DNA from: Utricularia gibba
Taxonomy: Eukaryota; Plantae; Magnoliophyta
Reading direction: 5' to 3'
DNA: 64,000 bases
Assembly (NCBI GenBank): GCA_002189035.1
Contig: NEEC01000020.1
Span: 372,001-436,000 of the forward strand
Position numbers and translations under genes: made by a program. The notes beneath the pieces were generated by a model. The model did no database searches, was not told the DNA's origin, and saw only the letters and a program-made list of their open reading frames with translations. Shown one piece after another: positions 45,236-60,656 of this stretch (within the stretch, counting starts at the first letter, position 1; every line of letters starts with the position of its first letter).

Positions 45236-45906
45236 CGTCTACACAAAAGCTCTTTTGTCAAATACGAACCGATAAAGCTAACGGACTCAGCGGTTTTTCT
45301 CATAAATAAATTACTTTTATTATTATTTATTCATATTATATCGTACAAGTTTTAATGATAAATGCAATAATTATTTAGAGCCCAAATTGTCCTTTGAAAA
45401 ACTATCCAAAACTTCTCAAAAAAGGTAAATTATACTATTTTAACCTTGCTAGTAAAGTTTTTTATATTGAAATTTATTATTCTCATATTAAAAATATTTG
45501 AAAATTGGAGTAAATTAAATAATTGAAACAAAAAATAACCACTAACCAAATGGCGGCTCCAACCTTCAGGAAAAAACTGATACAAAATAAAGTTGACTTT
45601 TTGAATTTAAATTTAAATTAGATAAATTTAATTATAGTAACTTGAAATTATCAATGATTATTATGGTTTCAAAATTTACAGTTATTTAAAATCAATTTAA
45701 AATAAATTATTTTTTAATCAAATATTCACCTATACAAAAAATTCCAAAAACCACCCACCAAACTTTACCTCAAGGCTTTTTATACACATGCTCCGGCTTG
45801 TGTTAAGAAGGAAACTTATTGTTTTTATGATTCCCTCTTACCGTTCTCCCCTTATCAAACTTGAGAAAAAATGAAACAGAAAGAGAAAGAGATGCGTACT
45901 TGCTCA

Positions 45907-47660
45907 TCATGGGAGTTTGCTCATTGCTGCGTTAACTCTGTCATCTGTGATCAGTTTGTGGTTGTTGTAGAAGTCGAGGATCTCCATTGCAATGTTCTTG
46001 ACCTGATCATTCAGACAGACATGGTTGGATCACAAAGAAAGTAGTCCTGGTTTGCATACAACGAGTGCGCACTTACGACGTTTATGTCGACTCGAAGCTC
46101 TTCGAACCAGGCAGTGTTCTCTGATTCCAGTTGAACACTGGCAATGCGGATGCATGCTAAAGTGATCAAGTGGGGTGGATGGATGAGAATCAAGTCCATT
46201 TTGTATGTGTCGTTGATGATCCCCCTTGAAACAGACAAGAAATGTTCAGATGAAGGCCATTATGAAGCGAGCTTTTAAATGAAAGAAGAAGTCACCATGT
46301 TAGCTGTGCAGCATCAGGCATTCCAGCATCCTGAAGCAACCTGAAAAAACCCACAGGAAGCTGATTTGTAATGAATGCACAAAATCCGGACAAAACCATT
46401 GATGCGGAGTGACGTACTGCATCATTGCACAATATGGATGGAAGACTACTAGATAATAATCAAGGGCCTCCAAGATTTTCATTTCCATCTCAAATATGTC
46501 CTCGATTTCACACTGATACCTTTCCTCGATATCTGGACACGTGTTGAGGGAGATGACCACCAGTATTGGATCACTTAAAATTCAAAAGAAGATACACTTA
46601 GCAGAGTTAAATCAGATCGTGCTTACCCAATTTTTTGATGTAGCGCACTAGAACTCTAGCCAGCACGCTGCTTTCCTCAGCTTTGGAAGCTAAATATACA
46701 CAAGCTGTAGCAACCAGATGAGGGTCATATTCAGTCATACTTTTCCTGCATGCACAATTATTTCCTTTTGCTTACTACTTGAAGGAAAACTTTATACTCT
46801 AGAGTGAATACTCGAAGCAAATCTACAATTTCTTGTGAATTTCCACACTAAGCATACCTGAGGTAAACACGCCTCATGTACGTGATGGCTGTTGCTACAA
46901 CCCTGAAAAGAATATACCATATGAGAGCTACTGAAGCTGTCGAAGGGCAGGAAACAAAACATTGATATGATTATCATCTATTGCAAGTGCACGCAAAAAA
47001 AAACTCATGACTTTCAGCCGCAACTGATCATTATATCCATAGACTCGGAGGAAGAAAGACAGTGCTTATGTGATATAAACTCACAAAATGGACAAACAGA
47101 CCTTTGCCGCACTTTCACACTGTGAGCCAGCTTTGCTATATCTGTTCAGTTTAAAATGAGAACCTAGTGAGCAAGGTGACAGTCCGGTGTAAGCACTACC
47201 GGTTTATGAAAATGCCGCTTAAACAGAGAGAACTGATAACAAGAAGCCCAAAAGCTCAAAATGCTCAAAATAATCTAAGGCCAAGAAATTTCAGAAGAAT
47301 ATCATGCCTTGGAATACTTTCCCGAAACCTTCAAACGCATACTACAAAACTGAAACAGCAAATCCAAGGTAAAAAAGCCGATGCCATAGAATTGGAACGG
47401 ACATTACATACAATTTGACATATGCAACTTGATGATCTTGAAATCTTCAAGATTCAGGCCTCGTTCCCTGTCCAACTGATGCACTACGTCTACCTCTTCC
47501 TGGTCCCTTAGTTGCTTGCTTCGAAATAAAAAATTCCAACAAGAAACAACACAATGAAGCAGTATACAACTAAATCACAACGTAAAACTGGGAATGGAAA
47601 TCAATTCGGAATCGAGCGGGAGGCAAACTAGTGCGATGACGCCCAGAAATTCGCAGCCAT
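45907..47660 (-). CDS. CYCC1: Cyclin C (Mediator CDK8 module); spliced
   Basis: MAANFWASSHY|KQL; KVRQR|VVATAITYMRRVY; EYDPHLVATACIYLASKAEES; MEMKILEALDYYLVVFHPY; NDTYKMDLILIHPPHLI.LACI; WFEELRVD.NV|VKNIAMEILDFY. Confidence 0.93.
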
Positions 47661-47939
47661 CCTTCCGAGAGTTCCCGATTTCTGCGGAAACGCGGGATGC
47701 CGTTAGGCTCGATAAAAAAAACTCATTTTATTATATTTCCATTTAATTTAATTAATATTATCTTTGAAAATAAATATTCATATTTAAAATTCATACACAA
47801 ATTTTCAATTATTATATATATTATTAATATACAAAAAAACGATTTATTGTTTATTCGCAAGATATTTATTTAAATACCTTTTTTTAATACAAATTAAATC
47901 ATTTGTCTTTACAAATCCAATGTAATTATTGAACCATTA

Positions 47940-49649
47940 CTAAAGCCCTCCGGTGTACGGCACCCCCGTCCCCGGCAACCAGTTGTCGGCCATCAGAAAC
48001 GTCGACGCCGTGAAGTTCGCCGCCTCCGTTGAGTCGAGTACCCGGAACCCGGCCCAATCGACTCGCCGGGACGTATCCGATCCGGGTCCGAAATTGTTAT
48101 ACTCCCCATAGTAGCTAGTGTTGAGTGCAAAGTCGCCTGACCAGACGCTCCATCCTGCAGGATTTATCAAAGTATCCATGAAGGAGTTCATGAAAACCGT
48201 TCGTGAGTACTGTTTCCACGGCCGGCCGAGGTACGTCTGGACGGGGTAAGAGGTGGTTGCCAGGTCATCGGCGGCGCGTAGACTACAGTTTTGCAGAGAG
48301 AACCCTGTGCTCTGATTTGGGTCTGTTCTCCCCTGAGCTGTGATGGCGTTGAATTGGCGAGGCATCGGCTGTTTTGGGTAGAGGTTGCAGAGTTGGAACA
48401 CTGCGGCGGCGTTTCCGAATATGAAGTCCACCGTGCCGTAGATGTCGCATTGGGTGTAAAACTGCCGGAGAGAATGGGCGTAGAGTGTGTCTTGATAGCC
48501 CTCGAAGCTGCACCTGTAGAACGTCGATAAGTCCGCGCTGTTGCGGACTGCGACGGCCTGCTGCTTTATTGCTCCGGCGGTGTTGCGGAAGGTTATGTTC
48601 ACGGCGACAAACCCGGTTCCGGAGACGCCTGCCGAGTAAACCGCTAAAGAAGATGATCGGGAAAGTGGACAGACTGAAATGATGTGTCTTACTAAAGGTG
48701 GAGGAGCTGAAGGTAGTCCATCCGTCTACGACGCTGCGGTTTCCGGTGATGATTGTCCGGTTGATGCCGTCCCCGATCATCATCACGTACCGTCTGTTCC
48801 TGGGAACGACGACGTATTCTTCATACACGCCGGCGGCGATGTAGATCACATAGAAACCATTGGTGGCGTTGGAGTTAACCGGCGCGGAATTTACAGCGTC
48901 GTTAATCACCGTGAAGTTCCCACTTCCGTCTTGACTAACAACCACCATGTCTCTCACCGAAACCTCATCACCGCCGCCACCGCCACTGCCGGAATCCTGA
49001 AACAGCCGCCTGCCGATTCTTCTGATCGGCCTTTTCAAATTCTTCAGCTTCAGTCTCTTCTTAACGACGGCTATGCCTCCAGGCCACCGCCGCCCTTAGG
49101 CAACCACCATTTCGAAACTAACGCTAAAGAAACGCTAAAGAGACGGGAATCATTCGAAAGCGGCGCCAAGATCCCGTTTCTAGAGCTCCAAGCCGCCGCC
49201 GAGACCTCCAAACCGTCGATACACGTCTGGGTATTCGTCAAGATCGCGCTCAAAAGCGCCTGCACTTGATCCGCTTCATCCAACGGGAGAACCCCAAAAG
49301 CCCTGCTGACCATTTCCCAAGAACTCTCCAGGTAATCGATCGTCGATTCCGCCAGAATCTCACAATCTTGCAAAGCTCTAACAGCGGCCACCGTCAACCC
49401 TGAAGATCCCTTCAAATACTTGCTGATGAGCGCTAGGAATCTGCGGGCGGCGGAGATGGATCTTCCGAGCGAAACCCTCCCGTTGTCGTGAGCATTCGCG
49501 GAGGTGGCGTTGCCGGAGGGGAGAAGGGCGGCGCAGGAAGAAGGGTACGGTGTGGAATTGCATATCATCGGAGCATCCCCAGAGGCGGCGGAGAGCCGGA
49601 GAAGAAGCAGAAGAGTCAGAGCAGTGGAGCATGTCCTCTTCATGGCCAT
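47940..49649 (-). CDS. PME: Pectin methylesterase with PMEI pro-domain (type I); apparent 1-nt frameshift near 49093-49095
   Basis: Signal peptide; PMEI motifs [15 protein letters not shown] and [16 protein letters not shown]; RRL processing site; [37 protein letters not shown] and [11 protein letters not shown]. Confidence 0.9.
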
Positions 49650-51793
49650 GTAAAGAGAACATTAGTCAACTTGCATGTCTTTCATTCACACATTTCTTTC
49701 ATATATAGCGGAATAGAAACCGCGTATAAGGTAATAATGCAACTTATTAATATTAAAATTTGATGATAAAAATACATATTAATTAATAAAGTATTATTTT
49801 ATAAAATATTTAGATCAATATTAATAACATAACATTTATTCATTGATAATAACTTTTATTTATTTTTTATCAATAAATACTTGTTTAAATAAAAAAAATA
49901 TATTTATCTTTTACTTCAAAATTTGAATAGCAACTTCAATCAAATCATCAATAATAAAAAACTACGCGATAATTTCTATATTATTTCAAATAAATAGCAT
50001 AAATTTTATTTAATATATACATAATTCAAATATTCTATTAATCAAAGCATTATTTTGTAATATATTCTTTTATGTAACACATGAATTAATAAATTTCACA
50101 TCAATTCAAAATAGTGCAAAAAACTTAAAAATGCGTGCGTATATTACAATATCATATAATTATTTATTTTGACAATAATTTTAAATGAAAACAAGAAAAG
50201 GTATAACTACCCATGGGCCATTGACTCATAGGTCAAAAGAAAAATATCTAATGTTATCAAGCGCTACTACACAAGTAGTGGTTAACTTGTACAGAGATAA
50301 GCATAAGAGTGAGTATTTAGTATTCGAAATGTATATCGTTCAAAATATCATATTATCGAATATTGATTATTTGAAAGATTTAATATTAATTTTATTTCTA
50401 GATATTTATATGACATCGGTATCCATATTCCACAAGTAGTAACCCCGTTCTTGATTCTTATCCATCCTATGGAAATTGTGGCCTATTTTTTGGGATTAAT
50501 TATATATTTTTATGTAAATAAAATGAATATAATTAAAAGGCAGATATTTAGTGTTAGGTAATTTGAAAAATAGAAAGAAAAGGACGAAGAATGAGTCAGC
50601 AAGTTGGAATCTGAAGGTAAAAACGCGCTTATTTGTCAACTCCTTTGAGAGTCCAAATAAAACGCTTCTTCTTTTCTTCTGAATTTAAATCCTGATTGGA
50701 ATAGAAAATGATATTTTATTATCCCTTCCATTTCCCAAACTCTATTTAATAATTTAACATAAATATCATATTTCGTCTTTATGGACAAAATTGATCTCCA
50801 AATTTTTACGTATTATATATAATTAATCTCAAAAAATCGGAAATATTTCATTTTCAAAGTTTTGTTTCTCAGTATTTGAATATTAGATATAATTTATTTC
50901 CATTATCCAAAATTAGGTAGTAGTATTAATTTTATTAAATTTTTAAATAATACCATAGCATGGTTCACCTTATCACCGCCACATTCATCTCATTCTTTTA
51001 AGTACCCACCTCCCAATCCATGGAATCCATGGAAGTAATAACCGTTCTTCACAAGTTTCATATGAAGATGGATCCTTGTAATAAAAGAACACATGGAATA
51101 ATAATATGAATAAACAATTAGATTCAAAGTAAATAATACATATAAAAGTATCTTTACTTGTTTCATGAAATGCTGATGTAGCATTTTCGGAAATGAGGTA
51201 AATATTTCGAAAATGAGTAATCGTATTTATTATTTTTTTTCGAAAACGTAAATAAGGAAATCCGTTTTTCTTCCAAAAATGATTTAAAATGTAATTTATA
51301 ATATTTATTTTAATATTATAGTTTTCAAAAATGGATACAAAGTTAACGTAAACTTAATAAAGTAAATCTAATAACTTAATTTTCGGAAATGCCATGTCAA
51401 CATTTTCGAAATGATTTAATGAGACTGTGGAGTCGTCACAAATTTAGATTTTTATTTGCAATTTGACCCCCATAAAATAATATATTACAAAAATATATTT
51501 TTGATATTATTTTAACATGAAATTGGACTAGAAAAAATGATATTATTTAGCAATAAAATGATACATCATATATTACATGCATTCAATTTTGAAACATATT
51601 AAAAATTGTAAAAAATGTATATAAAGTAATAATTTTAGAAATAAATTTATCATATTAATTAATTAATACAATGTTAAAACACTGTGTAAACATGATTAGG
51701 AGAGAATGCCTCTGGTCCTAATCAGCAAACGGCAGCTTTTTCCCTGCTGTTTGTTCTATAAATTCACAGTCTGCTTCCTCAGTTCTCTGCTAA

Positions 51794-53907
<2,114 letters not shown>

Positions 53908-54584
53908 AATGCCAAGCAATCGAAAATGACTTTTCAGTTTAAAATCTCTCAAATTAATATTCCATTAAATTTTATATTTTGATATATTATAAAAAAACTC
54001 AACCTTGACACTAAACTAGGGTTTGGATCCATGAAATTAATAACAACAAATATTGAAATATTTTTCAATCCCGTACCATATAATATAGTAAACAATGTTA
54101 ATATAAAATAGAGTTTAGTTGATGGGAATGAGATAAAATAAGTTTAATTTATATGGATTTAAAAAATATAGTATATTAAAATTAATTTTTTAGGTATTAT
54201 TTAGTTATTGGGATAAAAAATGAGATTATTTTTTTTAAGTAAAATAAATGACATATATGATTTTAAATAAACACATGTATATAGGATTAAAACAAATGCA
54301 TCTAATATCCAACTTATTTAAATCTATCAAATAAAAGCCTTATAATTTATAATTTTATTTTTAAACTCATGTCAATTAATCAATTTTTAAAATTTTTTTT
54401 AATTAATAGATTTTAATCAAATGAATCTTAAATACCAATTAATCGATTAAATTATTTAAATTAGGCATTGAGTACCTATTTTGAAACCTGTGAGGAAGAG
54501 ATTCGGTACAGAAAGCGACATCTGACCGTTGGATAATCGAATCGCGTTTTTGACCGTTTGGACAAAACAACGAGATTCTCGATA

Positions 54585-54640
54585 CGTGCACGTGACTGAA
54601 AAGTGCGGGAAAAGCGGAAAAAGTCACGTGACTTCGATCC
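54585..54640 (+). promoter_or_regulatory. Two G-boxes upstream of ERF-VII, one in a 14-bp perfect palindrome
   Basis: CACGTG at 54589-54594 and AAGTCACGTGACTT at 54621-54634. Confidence 0.45.
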
Positions 54641-54837
54641 ACGATATTTCACGCTTCCGGCGCTGCTTGCGGGCCTGCTTCGGTGCGCGTGTTGGGCTGG
54701 GGTCAAATGCAGGGCCCGTAGAGCCCAATAAAGAAGTATCTTACATAAAAAAGAGTATATATAGTAGATATTTTTACGCTTTCAACACTTCAATTTGTAT
54801 TTTGCAACTCCATTTCGCAGATACATTGTTTTCCAGT

Positions 54838-55559
54838 ATGTGTGGCGGTGCAATACTGGCCGGCCTTGTTCCCGGCCTCCGGGGCTCCAGATTGGAGCTC
54901 ACCTCGGCGGATTTCTGGCCTGATGTCGCGAATCCTCCTAAAAGACCTGCGCCTTCCTCTGCAGGTAGTGCATCTAGGGTTTTTCCTCTTATTGTTGTCT
55001 TCGCTGTTGTCTTAGGTTTCTTTTTTGGCGAATTTCAGGTGATGAACTGCAGACTCCGGTGAAGAAGCAGAGGAAGAGTATCTACAGAGGTATACGGCGA
55101 AGGCCGTGGGGGAAATGGGCGGCGGAGATTCGTGACCCCGGGAAAGGGATTCGCGTCTGGCTGGGTACGTACGATACGGCGGAAGAAGCCGCCCGTGCTT
55201 ATGATAGGGCTGCCCGGAGAATCAGAGGAGAGAAGGCGAAACTCAATTTCCCCAATGAAGACGACGCTGCGCCAATCTCAGGGAAAGTTGAGGTGAAATC
55301 TGAGGAAATCGATCTCGCAACGGAGGGGACAGTGACAGGCGGCGGTGATGGCGGCGCTGAAAAGGAGCCGGTGATTCCGTTTGAGAAGCAGCCGACGATG
55401 GCTGTGGAGGATGAAGTGCAGAAGCTGTCGAATGAGCTTATGGCGTACGAAAGCTACATGAGCTTCTACCAGATACCGTACCTCGACGGAGCGTCCGGCG
55501 CGGCGCCGTCCAGTCAGCCGCAGGCCACAATGCAGCTTTGGAGCTTCGATGAAATTTAA
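54838..55559 (+). CDS. ERF-VII: Group VII ERF transcription factor (RAP2.3/ERF72-like); one intron
   Basis: N-terminal MCGGAI motif; AP2 domain [43 protein letters not shown]; C-terminal [21 protein letters not shown] and LWSFD. Confidence 0.95.
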
Positions 55560-55773
55560 TGACGTCATTATTCCTCCTTTTTTCCTTTTATTTTCAATCA
55601 ACCCGTGTCGTCAAATTTAGGGGACATTTTGTAAATTATTTGTTTCGCAATAAAATAAAAGCATGCCAAAAATTAGAAATATATATTTTCTAATAAATTC
55701 TGACAACAATCCGGATCCGGATCCGCATTAACTCATGGGTAAAAGTAGTTATTCCGACGACAGCAGAGTATTC

Positions 55774-55823
55774 CGGTGGGCGCCGCCGGGAACCCAAACC
55801 TATCCCAGGGGCGGCGCCCACCG
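55774..55823. other. GC-rich inverted repeat (14-bp perfect stem)
   Basis: CGGTGGGCGCCGCC (55774-55787) is the exact reverse complement of GGCGGCGCCCACCG (55810-55823). Confidence 0.85.
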
Positions 55824-56423
55824 ATTGATCTGGAGTTGTACTGCGAGGTACTACCCAACTAAGCACAATTCATCAAAGTTGTGCTGGAAAAGTACCTACT
55901 TCATGTGTTCTCGGCCGCCGTCAAATATGGAAACATCCCTTCACTATCACATACGCCCACCATCCCCATCGACCATTTCGAAACTCCAAAGTTAAACATG
56001 CTCGGATTTTAGTGTAAGTAAATTTGCATACAATAAATCTCGTATTTATCTAACATGAGACTATACACAGAATTTAAATGAAAGTTGAACAGAACATAGA
56101 GATTCATACATAAAGTTCGAATCTTTATAAAGAACTAATCTATTATAAGTAGAGAATCAACTTTTGATCGTTCATCAACTTTTCATACTTCACATATTAG
56201 AAAAGTATTACAATATCAACAATCATGTTATTCCAAAATGAAATCGACCTGGTAGCATTGGAAATGGAATCACTTGAGAACTGGATACAGACACCAAAAA
56301 AAAAAAAAGACAGCCAGAGGGGAGAGGCTACAGTCATCTTTCACATAATGCAACTTTGAGAATTCTGTGGTGTGTTTTCAAGAACATAAGGGTTACCATT
56401 TCTGGTTCCAGCGTTGGATTAGC

Positions 56424-57636
56424 TCACTGTCTCAGGGTCTCCACAATGTAGGAGGCATACAGATCCCTGTGACATCAATCCAAAGGACACAATGTATAAC
56501 AATGGCTCAGGTCCCTTTAAGATTTCAGAGCTGTTTTTATGTCACTTTGGTGAAACTTACATGGAGTACTGGATGGCAGCGATCGCGGCCTCGGCTGGGA
56601 GGAAGTCCTCCACTGCAACAGACTTGTTCTCATTCTTCTTGTCTGTGTCAAGTTCTCCATGAAGCAAAATAGCATAACTAAGAAAACAAGAGTGGTGATG
56701 AAGATAATGGGGTGCATACAGTCTTCAAAAAAGCGTCGGATTTCGGCAAGGCGATGCGGGGGGAGATCCTTTATGTCGTTCGTTTGGCGGAACTCAGGAT
56801 CATCAGCACAAACTGCAATGATCTTGTCATCTTTCTCACCCTGCGGAGCAAGGATTTAGGTTCATGGCAATCTGCAGTACACTGTAAGAGGGAAGTGTTC
56901 AAGATAAGTCAACCTGATCTATCATTGGCATCAATCCGATTGCACGGGCACGAAGGAAAGTGCCAGGGAGGACAGGTTCCTAGAGGCACAAGATGGTTAC
57001 ATTCAGAAGTAAACGAGGATGTTCACTTAAAGCTAGGAAAGAGGACCTGCATCAGCACTAGAACATCTATGGGATCATTATCTTCACAAAGGGTGCGAGG
57101 AACAAAGCCATAGTTGTGTGGATAAACAACCGATGAGTAGAGAACTCTATCAACCTGTCAAACAAAGACTTTACTGCGTCACTGATGCAGACAGATGAAT
57201 TCTGGATCAAGGAACAGAGCATCCCTTGTAGCTTCTGCTCTCACCTTGATGAGCCCACTTGCTTTGTCAAGCTCATACTTGACTTTGCTGCCCTTCCCAA
57301 TCTCGATCACCTGCAAAATGATCACAGAGAGTCTAAAACCATCTGGCAGAGAAATAAGAAAGTTTCACCATCATATGGCAACTAAAGACTTACAACGTTG
57401 AAAACTGATGGAGCCCCTGGCCCTGGACAAAGACAAGCCTTATGTCAGGGTTCCCCTTTCACCCAAAAAGAATCACGTTAAAGCACTATTCTGCGCTACA
57501 TATACATACCAATTTCCAAGTCATGCCATGGATGTGCAGCAACAGATCTGCGAGACATGGAAGAGAGAATCCTCTCATTTAGAGCAACCCGTCTGGCACC
57601 GCTTCCTACCTTCTTTATCCCCTTATCCTCAGCCAT
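56424..57636 (-). CDS. PPA: Soluble inorganic pyrophosphatase (PPa1-5 type); spliced
   Basis: [25 protein letters not shown]; KVKYELDK; [22 protein letters not shown]; [17 protein letters not shown]; RRFFEDYKKNENK..V; [13 protein letters not shown]. Confidence 0.96.
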
Positions 57637-59389
57637 ATCCAACTAAACCATGATAGAAAAACGAAGGAAACTTATCATCAAACGACCTGATTTTCACACT
57701 CATAATTGCATCCCCACAGTACTGGACACTAACCCATTAATTTCATCCACCCATTTGATATATTGGACACGAAACGAAAAACTAGAAGACGAAAAACTAA
57801 ATTCTTCAGAAAAATCAATCCTACCCAGTTCAAAAAAGCCCCCCAAACAACTCAAGACTCCAAAGGCAACGGCATCAAAAGCATGAAAACACAAAGCCAA
57901 CCATAAAATGCATTAATAACAAACGCGCCCATCTATTACCAGGCACAAAGAAGTCCCGGAAAACTTGCCGGAGATGGGATAGCAATACAACGGTTCACGG
58001 TTCGAGGCGAAAGCGTGAACGAAGTTGCCGATACCGTTCGATATATAAAGCGCTGCTGTGCTTTGTCGGTGTGCGTGTAGAGAAAGAGAAGATTCTGTTA
58101 ACCGTCAATCTGCGCCGTCGGATCCGAAGATTCTCTTCAAATCCAACGGTCTGTGATAGCCGTCATAAAGCGAATATTCCAACTTTCATGCTCTTTTTTC
58201 TAATATTTTATGCGTTAGTGACTTTTGAGAATTTCTAATTGCACTAATTTCCTATAATTACAAGAAAATCCTCCATCGCAAGTTCCCTTTCTTATCCATT
58301 TTTTCATGTGCAAGAAACTATACCAAAAAAAATTCTAGAAAGGTAGATTAGAATATGCACATGTAAAATTCAAATCTATAAGTTAATAATGAATATCAAT
58401 ACCGTAAAAACTCATTTGGCAAAACATTTTAATTTGCTCATTACTAAAATAGTCATAAAGGATGAGGAATGACAAAGAATGTATGAATTTTACATTTAAA
58501 CTTGATTATATATGTGAGGATACTAAGATTTATCACTTCAAAATTAAAAAATAACGATATTATTTATGATATTTAATATATTCTGTTGAATAGATAACAA
58601 GAATAGTAATGATGTTTCACATGAGCTAAGAGCAATTATATTATATGGTTGGAGGGAAAATAAACATCATCTGCACAAAATGGAACAAAATTTGCATTTT
58701 CAAGTTATTACAAAGATAAGGATATGATGGCCATTTTATGAGATTTTGAAGGATATGATGGGGGATAGGGTGTGGGTGGCCATAGACAAGTACCATGGTC
58801 CAAGTATATGAGTGGTGTAGAGATTTTGGGAAGTAATGATAATGTAATGAATAAAAACTTTTACAAAGAATATTCGGTATAATAAAAGGATAATTATATT
58901 TTCTATTATTTTATTTTATAAAACAAAAGGATTCTATTTTGAGAAAAATCAAATTATATTTGATTTGTATTGATATTTTAAAAAAGCTATTGAGCGGCAT
59001 AAATTTCTAAGATTTTTAAATTGGTATGATTAATTTTCAATGTTTAATGAAAATGACATCAGTATCTTCTTATTGAAATATTTAATTTCCAAATTTGACG
59101 TAACTGACATAATTGAACTAATTTATATCCTAAAAAATATAATTATCGTTAATTTATGATATAAATTGAATTAAATTTGAATTCTTTTTAAAATAGAAAA
59201 ACTGAGTCATAATAAAATTACCATTCACTCATTATTTATTAAGATCATTTGTAAATGATTATATATTTTTTATTAAATTTTGATTGATTTAAAGTTTATT
59301 TTTTTTAAAAAAATATAACTATTTGAATTTAAAATACATTTTATTTTCATTTAATTATAATATATTATTATATTAATATATTACACGTA

Positions 59390-59485
59390 TCGATGGGCTG
59401 TGGGCTAATGGAATAAAAAAACAAGACATTGGGCCGAAAAAGGCCCAAATAGTTGAGTCGGGCTTGAGGAATTAGTGGGCTCTTG
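59390..59485 (+). promoter_or_regulatory. Cluster of about five site II (TGGGCY) elements
   Basis: TGGGCT 59394 and 59401, TGGGCC 59430, GGCCCA 59442, TGGGCT 59476. Confidence 0.5.
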
Positions 59486-59859
59486 TGTTCATTATGAATA
59501 GTGAGCACGAGCTATCGGCGATATATCATTCCGGCTAACTGTGACGACGGCGGAAGTTCGGAGGATACTGGTTGACTTAGTTCTGTCGGTTTGCATAAGG
59601 AGTCCTGACGCGTTGGTCATGAATGCATTGGCGTGGTTGGGTGGAATTGGTGGTGTGTAACTTCGAGTACGATCTGTGATAATAGGTAGCCTGCTATTGT
59701 GCCGCTAGATTCGATTGTCAAGGGCGATTCGTTGAATAGTGCAATCCAGTTTTTTTTTTTTCTGAATCAGAGGAGAACTGCCCGAGGTTTTCGCGATTTG
59801 GGTTCTTGTGTAGGTTTTTCTTGATCGTCGTGATATCTGTGGCCTGTGATTCTATTCAA

Positions 59860-60293
59860 TAGACCTGGTTCCGGATTTGCATTCCGTGAAAATGTGGCCC
59901 GCTCCTAGGGGAGAAAGGGTCGTCGTTTTTAAGACGAATCTTGACGAAAACTGGACCCTGCTTGATCAGGAGAGGGAGAGCGGATATACATTGAGTTGTC
60001 ATACTATGGACATGAAGCATTCACAGTTCTTAATAAGTATTTTATGGGGACTGAGGTTACCTTGTCCCAAGAACTGTTTCCCATAAATCATTGCTCTTCT
60101 CGGGGAGAATGACTCCAGCTGATGTTGCTGAGAACCTGATGCCAAAGTGCAATGCGAAGATATTGAATCTTGTTTTGAAAGATTGGTACATGCCTTTAAA
60201 GAGGCCAAGAGAATGGCAGACGAGGAGAAGAAGAAAGTAGAAGAAGAAGCGAGGAGGAGGAGAAAACAGAATGGTAAGTCACTAGGTTCCTAA
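59860..60293 (+). pseudogene. Truncated, multiply frameshifted BCS1-like AAA+ ATPase (ASD/OM66 family) remnant
   Basis: Joined across frames: MW...GERVVVFKTN / KLDPA / LIRRGRADIH / IELSYYGHEAFTVL / ELFP / MTPADVAENLMPK / CFERLVHAFKEAK..EEKKK. This matches the family order GERIIVFTTN-KLDPALIRxGRMD.HIEMSY-FKVL-MTPADVxENL. No Walker A is visible. Confidence 0.85.
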
Positions 60294-60656
60294 ATTGTTT
60301 TCATTGTGTTGCCACTTACTCTCTTTTTTTCTTCTTTGCACTGTCTTGCTTACTATGTGCATCAAAATTGCTTGCTCTAATTGATGCTTTGAATATCAAG
60401 AAAGCTCTCGAGGAAAGAGGGATCAAATGGCTTCGCTCGTGGAACAAAGGGATTAAACTGAACATTGTTTCCACAAAAAAAAAGCATTTTTTTCAACACT
60501 CAAGACGTGTATGGAGCACTAAGTGACTAATGGGAGGTATCACATCATCCAGTTTCTTGCATTCTGCCATCCACCCATAAATGCTCGCTAAGTAGTCATA
60601 GTGCGTTACTCAACTTTATCTACACCATTCACAGTGGATTCTTCACTCCTGGAAGA

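Noticed and set aside
45036-45275. 79-aa plus ORF (MADRVTITANAEE…)
   Set aside because: It is antisense to the transit-peptide region of the YLMG1 pseudogene.
55788-55809. Telomerase RNA template (AACCCAAACCTA loop)
   Set aside because: It does not match the CTAAACCCT-type template for TTTAGGG, and no USE/TATA promoter is visible nearby.
59536-59615. Possible C/D snoRNA (GTGACGA…CTGA)
   Set aside because: The C box is non-canonical, the terminal stem is weak, and I recognise no rRNA or snRNA guide.
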